Positions 9,229 through 19,326 of a stretch of 64,000 bases of DNA are shown here, in pieces (positions within the stretch are counted from its first letter, which is position 1; each line of letters starts with the position of its first letter). Where the stretch lies: assembly GCA_031276485.1 (NCBI GenBank), contig JAISMY010000105.1, forward strand, positions 11,378 to 75,377, written 5' to 3'. The notes under the pieces are model-generated. The model searched no databases, was not told where the DNA came from, and worked only from the letters and a program-made list of their open reading frames with translations. The DNA comes from Desulfovibrio sp. Lineage in GTDB: Bacteria; Desulfobacterota; Desulfovibrionia; Desulfovibrionales; Desulfovibrionaceae. The position numbers and the translations under genes are program-made.

Positions 9229-12200
9229 TTACGCGGGCATGCGGGCGGAGACTTGCCTGCAGCAGTAACGGCGCAGGATTTTCAGCACTTCGTTGAAGTC
9301 CAGAGGTTTTCCCAAATGGTCGTTCATGCCCGCTTCAAGGCATTTCTCAATGTCCTCACGAAACACGTTGGCGGTCATGGCGACGATGGGAATGGTTTTC
9401 GCCTCCGGCGCATCCAGGGCGCGAATGCTTCGGGTGGCCTGGAGGCCGTCCTTTTCGGGCATCTGCATATCCATGAAGATGAGGTCGTAGCGGCCGGGTG
9501 CGGCTTTGAACAGATCGACCGCAATGTCGCCGTTCTCGGCGCAGTCGATGGTAATGCCCGTCGGCTCAAGCAGGGCCAGCACGATTTCCCGGTTGACCTC
9601 CACATCCTCGGCCAGCAGCACGCAACGACCTGTAAAGTCGTCCGGGTTGTCCGCCTGCCCGTCCGGCTCCTCCGGCAGCGTGTTCTCGCCCAGGCATTCG
9701 TTGATGCAATCCAGTATGGCCGACGGGAACAGCGGCTTGGCCAGGAACTTGTACACGCCCGCGTCACGGGCCATGCCTTCGACGCTGCTCCATTCCCCGG
9801 CGGAAATCATGATGACCACGGATTTGGACGATGCGTTGTCCCGAATGCGGCGGGAAAGTTCAATGCCGTCCATGCCCGGCATTTTCCAGTCCACAAAGTA
9901 CATGTCATAGGGGCCGTGCCGGCTGATCAGTTCCAGGGCTTCCGCGCCGCCGGGGGCGATGTCGCAGTTGATCCCGAAACGCTGCGCGATATCGCGGAAA
10001 TACTCCAGTATTTCCTGCATGTCGTCCACGGCGAGGACACGCATGTTGTCACGGCGCACATCGGGGTTCAAAAGGCTTCGTCCTTTCTCGCTGTTGCCGC
10101 GCCGGGCCGGTATGACAAAGGCAAAGGTCGAACCCTTGTCGAGTTCGGAGACAACCCATATCCGTCCGCCCATGATTTCAATGATGTGTTTGGAAATGGC
10201 CAGACCGAGCCCGGTGCCGCCGAACTTGCGCGCAATGCCGCTGTCCGCCTGGGTAAACGAGGCGAACAGGCGGGCCTGATGTTCGTCGCTGATGCCGATA
10301 CCGGTATCCGTCACTTCAATCTGTATGGAACAAAGCCCGTTTTCTTCGCTGAGCAGGCGGGTATCCAGGCGGACCGTTCCGCCCTCCGGCGTAAATTTCA
10401 CGGCATTGGACAAGAGGTTGGCGAGAACCTGCGCCAGTCGCTGGTCGTCGGCAATCAGCATGCGCGGGATGTTCTTGTCCAGGGAAACTATGAGGTTCTG
10501 CTGCTTTTCACCCACGCGGAAGTTGATGACGTTGACCACTTTCTGGAGCATTTTTTCAAAATTGAACAGTTCGGGCGCAATCTCGAACTTGTTGGCCTCA
10601 ATCTTGGAGATATCAAGAATATCGTTGATGACGCCGAGCAGATGGACGGAAGCGTCTTCTATCTTTCCGAAACAGTAATCTTTGCGCTCCGTGCCGGGAG
10701 CGGACATGCCCAGCGCGGTCATGCCGATAATGGCGTTCAGCGGGGTGCGGATTTCATGGCTCATGGTCGACAGGAAAGCGCTTTTCGCGCGGCTGCCTTC
10801 TTCGGCTTTTTTTCTGGCTGTTTCAATATCGGTAACGTCAATGCTCTCAATGATGTAGCCGATTTTTTCACCCTTATTGTCCAGCAGGTAGCCTGCTTTC
10901 ACTTTCATATAGCGATTGTCGCTCTCACGGTGGTATACAGCCGCCTCGCGGCCTTCTTCCAGCGCCGTGATGGGGCAGTACGTCGAATTGTAGTTATACC
11001 TGAAAGAGTCGCCGCCGTACAACTCACCGACCGCTTCATCCAGAGTCTTGCCGTAAATTGCCAGACCCTGATCGTTCATATAGATAATCTTGCGGTTCAG
11101 GTCGGTTATGCAGAGAGGATGCTGGGCGCTGTCCACAATGCTGTCGGCCATTTCGTCGAAAGAATCCGCCAGGGTGCCGAATTCGTCCTTCAATTCCGTC
11201 TTGAAGCGGAATTGCCGTTCGCCGGTCCTGAAACGCGCGATGCCCTCAAGCAGTTTTTTGATTTGGTTTGTCAAAAACGAGGCCATCCAGACGGCGATGA
11301 GCACGACCAGGATAATCAGGAAGATCGTTGTTCCTGCGAGTTGCAGAAAGGTGCCCGTCAGGTGGCTCTGGACGGCCGTTTCAAGTCTTTCCTCCGTAGC
11401 TTTGGCCGGGCGCGTGAAATCCTCAAGACCGGCGCCGATGGCCACGAAACCGAAGCCGCGCCGGGACCAGCCGTTGGCCTCGGACGGGGCGTATTGTCCT
11501 GTGTAGTACGGAACGGCCGCGGCGGTATTCAGCTTGTAAATACCGCTCCAGAGGATGTAGAGCGACCCTGACCCCCCGTCACGGGTCAAGTCCAGCCAGC
11601 CTGTACACTGCGGCGCGTTGTTGAGATAGCGTCCATCCAGCCCGATCATACCCTTTCTGGTCAGTTCAGGGGCCGGTTTTTTATTTCGTGACTGTCTGCT
11701 GAGCGGATTGGTACTGTCAAAGGGTGTGTAATCCAGGGTTTTGATGTAGTCTTCCCAATCCTCTTCGGCAAAACCCGCCTGCAGCATGCCGTTATACAGG
11801 CCGGACTCCAGCCATGGGATCGCGCGCTTGCCCGTTTCAGGGTCAAAGCCGACAATGGAGTGGTGCCGCGGATGGCAGATGCTGCGGCTCATGTAATCCC
11901 ATATAAAGGCATAATTGCCCGCATAAGCGCTCGGCAGTTCCGTATAACGCTCATTCATGGGCGTGAGGTGGTCCACATACTCCATGATGTGGTCGTGATT
12001 CAGGGCAAAAGTGACATAGCCGACAATACCGCCGTCTTTGCCGGCCACCGGGGTAGCCCAGCGCACTATGCCTTCAAACCGCCGGCCGTTGGGGTTTTCT
12101 TCTCCCGCATAGGCCTGGGCCTGAGGGTCGTAGTTTATGGGGTAGCCGCGCGCGGCCGATGCTTTTTCAAGATTTTCCGGCGTGTACATGCCGATGAAGT

Positions 12201-13041
12201 TGGAACCCACATAGGCGCCCGTGACGTCCGAAACATAGATTTCCCCGGCTTTCATTCTGCTGACTTCGGACCAGTAGGTTTCAGCCTTGACATAGGTATT
12301 GAGCCTGTCGGAGACGTCTCTTTTCTCCGTGCTCATGGGGAAGCGGATTTTGCGCGGCGAGGCGGAAAATTCAGGCAAAGCGCCGGTGACGACCTTGGCT
12401 TTTTCTTTGCCGTCAAGGCCGACGAAGGTGATTTCGTCGTACAGGGGGACGGTTTCGTAGATGAATTCATCGGGCAGGCGGTGACTGAAGGTCGCGCCGT
12501 TGACAAAGTCGTTGTTTTCAGGGTTGGTGGAGAAGATCTTTGAATCGGGGGCGCGCAGCCCCGAGCCGGCGGGCGCATGGTCTTCCCCCGACGGAATCCA
12601 TGACCTGCCGTCCGGATCGAGGGTCCATTCGCCTTTTTTGATCAACCTCCCCGTCGCGTGTTTCGCAAAGGTTGCGTAGGCCGCTTCCAGTTTTTTCCAG
12701 GCGTCTTTGCCTTCGCCGTCGGGCTTCAGCGCGGCCAGATACAGGAGGTCTCTGTCGCGTTGATACAGGAAAGACGCCACCCTTTGGGCGGCGGTCGTGG
12801 ACATGCGTTCGATGTTTTCCACAGCGCCGGCGTTCAGCGCTTCCGTGGAATCTTCAACGGCAATATCCTCAAGTATCTCGCCCAAATTTAAAAACTGCTG
12901 CCATGCTATCCAGGCCAGCAGTATCAGGGGGACAACCTTGACCACAAGGAAGATGACAAGCAGTTTTGCGCGCAACCCGAGGCCGAACGTGTTTGCGAAG
13001 TGCGTCATTCGGTTGAAAAATCGCTTTGATCCGCTTTGCAC
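9229..13041 (-). CDS. hybrid sensor histidine kinase (TM, large extracytoplasmic domain, TM, HAMP, PAS, HisKA, HATPase, 2 receivers)
   Basis: [31 protein letters not shown]; receivers VDD..DWKMP..KP and AED..DMQMP..KP; start may be 13008. Confidence 0.93.
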   Translation of the reverse strand: MQSGSKRFFNRMTHFANTFGLGLRAKLLVIFLVVKVVPLILLAWIAWQQFLNLGEILEDIAVEDSTEALNAGAVENIERMSTTAAQRVASFLYQRDRDLLYLAALKPDGEGKDAWKKLEAAYATFAKHATGRLIKKGEWTLDPDGRSWIPSGEDHAPAGSGLRAPDSKIFSTNPENNDFVNGATFSHRLPDEFIYETVPLYDEITFVGLDGKEKAKVVTGALPEFSASPRKIRFPMSTEKRDVSDRLNTYVKAETYWSEVSRMKAGEIYVSDVTGAYVGSNFIGMYTPENLEKASAARGYPINYDPQAQAYAGEENPNGRRFEGIVRWATPVAGKDGGIVGYVTFALNHDHIMEYVDHLTPMNERYTELPSAYAGNYAFIWDYMSRSICHPRHHSIVGFDPETGKRAIPWLESGLYNGMLQAGFAEEDWEDYIKTLDYTPFDSTNPLSRQSRNKKPAPELTRKGMIGLDGRYLNNAPQCTGWLDLTRDGGSGSLYILWSGIYKLNTAAAVPYYTGQYAPSEANGWSRRGFGFVAIGAGLEDFTRPAKATEERLETAVQSHLTGTFLQLAGTTIFLIILVVLIAVWMASFLTNQIKKLLEGIARFRTGERQFRFKTELKDEFGTLADSFDEMADSIVDSAQHPLCITDLNRKIIYMNDQGLAIYGKTLDEAVGELYGGDSFRYNYNSTYCPITALEEGREAAVYHRESDNRYMKVKAGYLLDNKGEKIGYIIESIDVTDIETARKKAEEGSRAKSAFLSTMSHEIRTPLNAIIGMTALGMSAPGTERKDYCFGKIEDASVHLLGVINDILDISKIEANKFEIAPELFNFEKMLQKVVNVINFRVGEKQQNLIVSLDKNIPRMLIADDQRLAQVLANLLSNAVKFTPEGGTVRLDTRLLSEENGLCSIQIEVTDTGIGISDEHQARLFASFTQADSGIARKFGGTGLGLAISKHIIEIMGGRIWVVSELDKGSTFAFVIPARRGNSEKGRSLLNPDVRRDNMRVLAVDDMQEILEYFRDIAQRFGINCDIAPGGAEALELISRHGPYDMYFVDWKMPGMDGIELSRRIRDNASSKSVVIMISAGEWSSVEGMARDAGVYKFLAKPLFPSAILDCINECLGENTLPEEPDGQADNPDDFTGRCVLLAEDVEVNREIVLALLEPTGITIDCAENGDIAVDLFKAAPGRYDLIFMDMQMPEKDGLQATRSIRALDAPEAKTIPIVAMTANVFREDIEKCLEAGMNDHLGKPLDFNEVLKILRRYCCRQVSARMPA

Positions 13042-13098
13042 CGGAATTACCTGCCTGAATGTACGGCATCGTAAGCGTCTTTTTTCTGCATGTAAAGT

Positions 13099-13200
13099 AG
13101 GAGCTCATTCGAAATATTCTAAACGCCGGGAGGCCCAACCTTCAGCCGCTATGCGATGCACGGCTTCGCAGGAGTTCATTCGAAATATTCTAAACGCCGG
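13099..13200 (+). repeat. 31-bp direct repeat x2 with 40-bp spacer
   Basis: AGGAG(C/T)TCATTCGAAATATTCTAAACGCCGG at 13099-13129 and 13170-13200. Confidence 0.9.
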
Positions 13201-13416
13201 CAGTGCCGGTAAGAGAAAGATTCAATACCGGGAAATCCTTGTGTCACAACGACTACACACAACAAAATCATTCGTTGTCTAATACTCTCTAAACCCCTTG
13301 ACACGGACCGAAGAATGCGGACAGATGCCCTGACGGCGCCGGCCGGCCGGCCGGAGCCGGCGCGGGAGAACGTCAGCCGGCGTAGTCTAAAATGACAAAA
13401 AAGTAGTCACTTTCGC

Positions 13417-14838
13417 ATGCCGATCGACACACGCGCGCCGCCCTGCGAAAATTTCGCTCCGCTTCCTTTGCAATCGGAAAAAAATAGGCTAGACTGGCGC
13501 GCAGGTACAGCCTCATCTTTATCTTTCTTCTTGTCCAGGAGTCTTCTTGCCCCCCAGGAGATACAAGTGGGAAGCGCATCCTCTCTCGGCGTCTTCGTGG
13601 TTCGCGACATAAACGCCATGGCGGCGCTGCCGGCGCAAAACGAAAGCGGTCTCTGGCAGGCATGGCTGCTCGCCGACGATGTCGTGATGGTGCAGGCCCT
13701 TGATGTCGACTACGCGCCCAAAGGCAACTTGTACACCTTGCCGCGAGCGGAATTCTCCTTTCTGCTCCAGGCTCTGGACGGGACGACCGCCGCCGGAAGC
13801 GCGGACCGGCACGGCGATGAACAGCAAAGGCACGGCGGTGCGTTCGCGTCCGGCGGTTCGCAAAACGCGCCCCCGCCCCCGGACACTGCGCAGGCAAGCG
13901 ACCTTTCTCCGATCCCGATCCCCGGCGCGTACGCCGGCGCTCCGCCTGCCGACGCAACCCCGCACGATTTCCCTTCCCTTCAAAGCGCAACACCCGAGGC
14001 GCTGGATTTTACCTACACGCAAAACGCGGCGCCCGCACTGCAGGACTTCACCTACACCCGAAATCAGGCGTCCGGGTATGTCCCCCAGCCCCCTTCGGCG
14101 CCGCAAAGCGCTGCCGTCCCCAATGACGCGAGGAGCGCGTACAGGGCAGGCGATCCGGCTCTCCCGCAGCGGAATCCGACCCAAAGAAGCGCCGCCGGGA
14201 AACGCAAACTCAAAGCCGACGATCCCAACCTGCTTTTGTACTGGCACGAGGAAAGCGTGCGCGCCTCCGATGCGAAGGCCGGCATCGGGTTGAGCCGTCT
14301 TTCCGGCATCTACAACGGCGCGCCAACGCAGGACGACGCTTCCCCGGGCACGGAAAGCGCCGTCATGCAAACGCTGCCCTACAACAGCGCGCAACAGCGG
14401 ACGCGCGACCCCCGCTTGCCCGATGCCGGCGAAATACAGGCCAGATACGCGGAACAAGCCATGCGCGAGGAATTCACCATGCTCATGGAAAGCATGCCGG
14501 ATGACGGGCAGGATCTTCCCCTGGAAAGCGCCGTGGCCGCCCTGATTGCGCGCGATGCGCCGTTTTTCAGCAGGAAGCAGAAATTCATGTTCACGGAATT
14601 CGGACTGGCTCTGCGGCGTAAAAACAAAAGCGAACTGGCGCTTCTGGCTCACTTGCGCGCCCTGCGTCTCGCCCCGGGCGACGAAAACGTCCTGTTCAAC
14701 GTGGCCAGGACGGAATACGCGCTGGGCCGGCCGGACAACGCCGTAGAAAGACTGGATGCGGCCCTGCAGGTCAACCCCGGCTTTACCGCCGCTGCGCACT
14801 TTCTGGCTTTTCTGCGCAACGCGGACCGCCGGAGCTGA
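13417..14838 (+). CDS. tetratricopeptide-repeat protein with long low-complexity linker
   Basis: C-terminal TPR pattern ALRLAPGDENVLFNVARTEYALG...ALQVNPGF. Confidence 0.8.
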   Translation: MPIDTRAPPCENFAPLPLQSEKNRLDWRAGTASSLSFFLSRSLLAPQEIQVGSASSLGVFVVRDINAMAALPAQNESGLWQAWLLADDVVMVQALDVDYAPKGNLYTLPRAEFSFLLQALDGTTAAGSADRHGDEQQRHGGAFASGGSQNAPPPPDTAQASDLSPIPIPGAYAGAPPADATPHDFPSLQSATPEALDFTYTQNAAPALQDFTYTRNQASGYVPQPPSAPQSAAVPNDARSAYRAGDPALPQRNPTQRSAAGKRKLKADDPNLLLYWHEESVRASDAKAGIGLSRLSGIYNGAPTQDDASPGTESAVMQTLPYNSAQQRTRDPRLPDAGEIQARYAEQAMREEFTMLMESMPDDGQDLPLESAVAALIARDAPFFSRKQKFMFTEFGLALRRKNKSELALLAHLRALRLAPGDENVLFNVARTEYALGRPDNAVERLDAALQVNPGFTAAAHFLAFLRNADRRS

Positions 14839-14871
14839 CACATCCGCAACCGCCGGATACTGATACACCCG

Positions 14872-16050
14872 ATGAACAAAGGCATTACCTTACTGATCAT
14901 GCTTGTGATTCTCGGCGCCATGGGACTGGTGTTCTTCTTCCATGTAAGTGCCGACAAGGCCGGCCCGACGGCCCGGAACAACGCTGCGCCGGCTTCCTCC
15001 CCCGCCGCAGTCGCCCGCAAACCGGACCCCGCCGCGGCGCATCTGACGGACCTCGTCCGTATAGACCCGCCCATGGCGTCACTGAACCCGCCGGGCGGGC
15101 CGCAGCCGGACGGAACCCCGAAAACGGTCCGACTGCTCGCCGGCGCTTCGCCTGCCCCGGCCGATGCGCGCGCGCAGACCCGCGCGCGGGAGAGCGAAAC
15201 GCCGCCGGCCGCGCCGGTCCGGCAGATGCCGCAGGCACAGGAACAACAGACCCGGACGCAACAGGCTCAGACCCGACAGCCCCAAACGGAAGACGCCTCC
15301 GGCAGCCGCCCCGCCGGACGGCAGACATACCCTCCGAGCCTGACCCCGTGGGAAACGCCCCCCGCCGCGAACTCTGCCGCCGGGACAAACGGCCGGCCGG
15401 GAGCATACGCTGCGCCCGTTTCTCCGGAGTCGGCGGAACCGCAACGTCCCGCGTCCGCCGGTCCGCAAAGCCGCGCGGACACGTCTTCCCTGCCGCCCGG
15501 CCGTGCGGACTCGTCCTCCGCTGCACAGCCCTACGCCCCGCAAAGCCGCGCGGATACTCCGGCCGCGCAACGCCCGGAGACCGCAACGGAAACGATGCCC
15601 CGCCCCGCCCCGCCCGAGGCGACTCCTGCCGGCGATATTTCTGCGCGCGCCCGCTCCGGAATTCCGGAAAATGCGGCGGAGAGACCGCGCCCCCCCCAAC
15701 CCGCCCCCGGCCGCAGCGCGCAACGCCCGGAAACTTCATACAAAAACCCGCATACATTGAAAAACGTCAGCCTGACCTTTGCCGGGAATGATATGAGCCT
15801 GCGGCTGGAAGCCGACAGCGCGTTTCCCTGCAAAACATTCACCCTGAGCGGACCGGACAGGCTGGTGATCGACCTGCCCGGCGCCTGGAAAGGCATGAAA
15901 GCGCCGACCGTGCCCGGCAACCGTATCGTCAGGAAAGCGCGCGTGGGACTGCAAAGCGACGGCGCGCGCCTTGTTCTGGACTTGAGTTCTCCCTTGAAAA
16001 AGCACAAGGTGGAACAGAACGGCAACGTGGTTGAAATACTGGTGCAATGA
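14872..16050 (+). CDS. AMIN domain-containing protein
   Basis: N-terminal TM, Pro/Ala-rich linker, C-terminal FTLSGPDRLVIDLPG...RLVLDL. Confidence 0.85.
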   Translation: MNKGITLLIMLVILGAMGLVFFFHVSADKAGPTARNNAAPASSPAAVARKPDPAAAHLTDLVRIDPPMASLNPPGGPQPDGTPKTVRLLAGASPAPADARAQTRARESETPPAAPVRQMPQAQEQQTRTQQAQTRQPQTEDASGSRPAGRQTYPPSLTPWETPPAANSAAGTNGRPGAYAAPVSPESAEPQRPASAGPQSRADTSSLPPGRADSSSAAQPYAPQSRADTPAAQRPETATETMPRPAPPEATPAGDISARARSGIPENAAERPRPPQPAPGRSAQRPETSYKNPHTLKNVSLTFAGNDMSLRLEADSAFPCKTFTLSGPDRLVIDLPGAWKGMKAPTVPGNRIVRKARVGLQSDGARLVLDLSSPLKKHKVEQNGNVVEILVQ

Positions 16051-17825
16051 TGCTCGCAGGACTTGACGTGGGAGGCACCTATACGGATGCCGTGCTTCTG
16101 GACTCGAAACAGGGGCTGCGCCTTGCCGCGGTCAAAGCGCCGACCCGCCCCGACTCCGTACTGCCGGGCATCATAGAGGCGCTCGAAAAACTTTTTGAAG
16201 GGCGCGCCGGCGATACCGGCCAAGTGCGCCGCCTGACCGTTTCCAGCACCCTGGGCCTGAACGCCCTGCTGACCGGCAACACGGAACCCGTGGGCGTGCT
16301 GGCTTTGCCGGGACCGGGCATAGACCCCGGCCTGTTCTGGGGAGCGGATCCCCTGTTCCGCGTCCTGCCCGGGGCGCAGGATCACCGGGGGCGCGTCACC
16401 GCCGAACCGGACGCGCGGGCCGTGAACGAAGCCCTGCTTTCCCTGAAAAAACGCGGGGCGCGCGCCCTGGCCGTCGTCTGCAAATTCAGCCCCAAAAATC
16501 CGGAACTGGAAAAACGGCTGGCGGCCGAAGCGCGCAACGTCTTCGGCCCGGATACCCCCGTCGTCCTCGGCTCGGAATGCGGCGGCAGCCTCAATTTCCC
16601 GCGGCGCCTGCACACAGCCTGGTGCAACGCCGCCCTGCACGCGACAAGTCGCGATTTCTTGCGGGCCCTGCGCGTTGCGGCGCACAACCTGGGCCTCTCC
16701 TGTCCTGTCCATGTTCTGAAAGCCGACGCGGGCTCCTTTTCCGCCGATGCCGCCGCGCGCGACACGGCAAGCACCATGGGCTCCGGCCCCGCCGCAGGGC
16801 TGCTGGGCGTGCTGGCCATGGCCGAATGGAGCGGTGCCGCATCCATGCGCGGCGAAGCCGCGCATGCGGACAAAATCATGCTCGACATGGGCGGCACCAG
16901 CACCGACATAGCCTTGATGGCCGGCGGGCAACCCCTGCTCGCGGACAAGGGACTGACCGTCAACGGAAGACCGACGCTGATCCGCACCCTCTGGACGAAA
17001 TCCATAGCGCTGGGCGGAGACTCCTCCCTGCGCCTGGAAGCAGGCAGGCCGCGCGTAGGCCCGGACCGCTCCGGCCCGGCCCTCGCCCTGTGCCCGGATG
17101 AACGCGACGCCGAAGGGCGTTTTTCCCGGCCGCCGACCCTGACCGATGCCCTGAACACCCTCGGCTGCACGGCTCTGGGCGATGTCGAAATATCCCGCGC
17201 CGCCTTTGTCCGGCTCGCAGCCGACGATGCGGCGGCCGCCCGCGCCGGCGGATTCGACGGCCGTCCCGAAACCCTCGCCGGCCTCTTCCTCGAATGCGCC
17301 CTGACCCGCATCAGGGAAGAAACGCTCGCGCTTCTGGAAGAAGTCGGCTCGCAGCCCGTCTACACCATACGCGAACTCCTGATCGACAAAAAAACCGCGC
17401 CGGAAAAGGTCGTGTTTATCGGCGGCCCGGCCCAAAGCCTGCGCGCGGAACTGGAAAAAACCCTCGGCCTGCCTGTCCTCGCCCCCGAGGAAAGCCCCTT
17501 CGCCAACGCCCTGGGCGCGGCCCTCGCCAGACCCACGAAAGCCGCCGAACTGCACGCCGATACCCTGCTCGGACGCATGACCATCCCCGACTTCGACATC
17601 GAAAAGAAGGTGTCCCACGACTACCGCCTCGACGACGCGACACAGGATATGGCCGCGGCCTTCGCCCGCGCCTTCGCGCACGAAACAGGCAACGCCGGGG
17701 CCGCGCAGGTGCAGACCGTGTTCGCGGAATCCTTCGCCGTCCTCGACCCCTCGGGCAGGCGCGGACGCATACTCCGCGTCCGCTCCCAATACGCCCCCGG
17801 ACTCGACCTTCAGGACAACCCATGA
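16047..17825 (+). CDS. hydantoinase/oxoprolinase family protein (HyuA-like, actin-like ATPase fold)
   Basis: GLDVGGTYTDAV, SGPAAG, DMGGTSTDI, PTLTDA, ANALGAA. Confidence 0.9.
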   Translation: MMLAGLDVGGTYTDAVLLDSKQGLRLAAVKAPTRPDSVLPGIIEALEKLFEGRAGDTGQVRRLTVSSTLGLNALLTGNTEPVGVLALPGPGIDPGLFWGADPLFRVLPGAQDHRGRVTAEPDARAVNEALLSLKKRGARALAVVCKFSPKNPELEKRLAAEARNVFGPDTPVVLGSECGGSLNFPRRLHTAWCNAALHATSRDFLRALRVAAHNLGLSCPVHVLKADAGSFSADAAARDTASTMGSGPAAGLLGVLAMAEWSGAASMRGEAAHADKIMLDMGGTSTDIALMAGGQPLLADKGLTVNGRPTLIRTLWTKSIALGGDSSLRLEAGRPRVGPDRSGPALALCPDERDAEGRFSRPPTLTDALNTLGCTALGDVEISRAAFVRLAADDAAAARAGGFDGRPETLAGLFLECALTRIREETLALLEEVGSQPVYTIRELLIDKKTAPEKVVFIGGPAQSLRAELEKTLGLPVLAPEESPFANALGAALARPTKAAELHADTLLGRMTIPDFDIEKKVSHDYRLDDATQDMAAAFARAFAHETGNAGAAQVQTVFAESFAVLDPSGRRGRILRVRSQYAPGLDLQDNP

Positions 17826-19216
17826 CGTACGCCCCGAACGCAGACGCGCCCGCTCCGGCAACGCGCTCCCCGAACGCAGACGCGCCCGCTCCGGAAACGC
17901 GCGGGCTGAAAGCGGCGAACAGCCTGGGGCTGGTATTTTTCCCGGCCTTCGACTGGGCCATATCCCCCACCCACCCGGAGCGAGAAGAACGCCTGCTCTA
18001 TACCCGCGACCAACTGCGCGAAGAAGGCCTCTTCGACGTGCCCGGCATCCTTGAACACCGCACGGAAATGGCCGCAATGTCCGATATCTCCCGTGTCCAT
18101 TTCTGTCCCCCCGGATTCGACAACGTGGTGGAAATTCCGCACCTTGCCTCGGCCGGCAGCGCCGTCAGCGCAGCAAAGCTCGTTATGGAAGGCAAATGCG
18201 CCAAAGCCTTCGCCCTGACCAGACCGCCGGGACACCACGCCATGAAAGTCGTGCAGGGCGGGCGCGGTTTCTGCTCCGTCAACATCGAAGCCGTCATGAT
18301 CGAACGCCTGCGCAGGGATTTCGGCGTCCGCCGCGTGGCAATCGTCGATACCGACTGCCATCACGGCGACGGCAGCCAGGATATCTACTGGCACGACCCC
18401 GATACCCTCTTCATCAGCATCCACCAGGACGGCCGCACCCTGTACCCCGGCACCGGCTTCCCTCACGAAACGGGAGGCCCGTCGGCGGCAGGCAGCACCG
18501 TCAACATCCCCCTGCCCCCGCGCACCGGCGACGAAGGGTTTCTCCTCGCGGCCGACGAAATCGTCCGCCCCCTGCTCGACGCCTGGAAACCGGACCTTGT
18601 CGTCAATTCCGCCGGCCAGGACAACCATTTCTCCGACCCCATCACCGACATGCGCCTGTCCGCCCGCGGCTACGCGCGCATGGTGAGCAGCATCAATCCG
18701 GATATCGCCGTGCTCGAAGGCGGCTATTCCATCCAGGGCGCCCTGCCTTACGTCAACCTCGCCGTTATCCTCGCCCTCGCCGGCATGGACTTCAGCCGCG
18801 TCGTCGAACCCGCCTGGCGCGAAGACCTCGCCGCTACCGCCCCGGACAGCCTCGCCTACATCAAACGCCTCCGTGACAACACCCTCACGGCCTTCAGGCG
18901 CCCCGCCCCGGCGTCCGGCTACCGCAGGGAAGGCGGCTGGTTTACACGCGAACGCGATGTGTATTACGATACGGACGGCATCCACGAACAACAACAGGAA
19001 CGACTGCGCGCCTGCGGCAACTGCCCCGGACTGCTCGTCATCCGTACCCGCACCCACTACAGCGGCCGGACGACCTGCATCCATATCCCGCGCCCGGCCT
19101 GCCCCGCCTGCGCCGCCGCGGGCAACGACGCCAGGCGCGAAGCGGAACGCGACAAAGAAGCCTGGGAATTTTCCGACCAACAGCAGGATGTCTATCAACG
19201 CAGCGGGCATGTATAA
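17822..19216 (+). CDS. histone deacetylase family (Zn amidohydrolase) protein
   Basis: HPE, RPPGHHA, GFC, DTDCHHGDG, SIHQ, NIPL, GQD, LEGGY; ATGA overlap with the upstream gene. Confidence 0.92.
   Translation: MTYAPNADAPAPATRSPNADAPAPETRGLKAANSLGLVFFPAFDWAISPTHPEREERLLYTRDQLREEGLFDVPGILEHRTEMAAMSDISRVHFCPPGFDNVVEIPHLASAGSAVSAAKLVMEGKCAKAFALTRPPGHHAMKVVQGGRGFCSVNIEAVMIERLRRDFGVRRVAIVDTDCHHGDGSQDIYWHDPDTLFISIHQDGRTLYPGTGFPHETGGPSAAGSTVNIPLPPRTGDEGFLLAADEIVRPLLDAWKPDLVVNSAGQDNHFSDPITDMRLSARGYARMVSSINPDIAVLEGGYSIQGALPYVNLAVILALAGMDFSRVVEPAWREDLAATAPDSLAYIKRLRDNTLTAFRRPAPASGYRREGGWFTRERDVYYDTDGIHEQQQERLRACGNCPGLLVIRTRTHYSGRTTCIHIPRPACPACAAAGNDARREAERDKEAWEFSDQQQDVYQRSGHV
17832..17902 (+). repeat. 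36-bp tandem duplication in the HDAC-family N-terminus
   Basis: CCCCGAACGCAGACGCGCCCGCTCCGG(C/A)AACGCGC x2, encoding PNADAPAPATRS/PNADAPAPETRG. Confidence 0.9.
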
Positions 19217-19326
19217 TCAGGGCGCCGCCCTGACCCACCCCGGCCCCGGCAGGCGCGGGGCCGACTCCCTTATCAGGGGTTTCCGGCGCCCGTTTATGAA
19301 ATTACAGTTACCCTGAGGAAACAACC

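Noticed and set aside
6355-11571. Very long ORFs of 898 aa (6355-9051) and 814 aa (9127-11571)
   Set aside because: Antisense shadows of gltB and the hybrid kinase; expected in high-GC coding DNA, no motifs.
13099-13200. CRISPR array call
   Set aside because: Only two repeats, no cas genes, no clear leader, adjacent to MITE debris; kept only as a repeat finding.
15531-18077. 848-aa minus-strand ORF
   Set aside because: Shadow of the AMIN/hydantoinase/HDAC genes.
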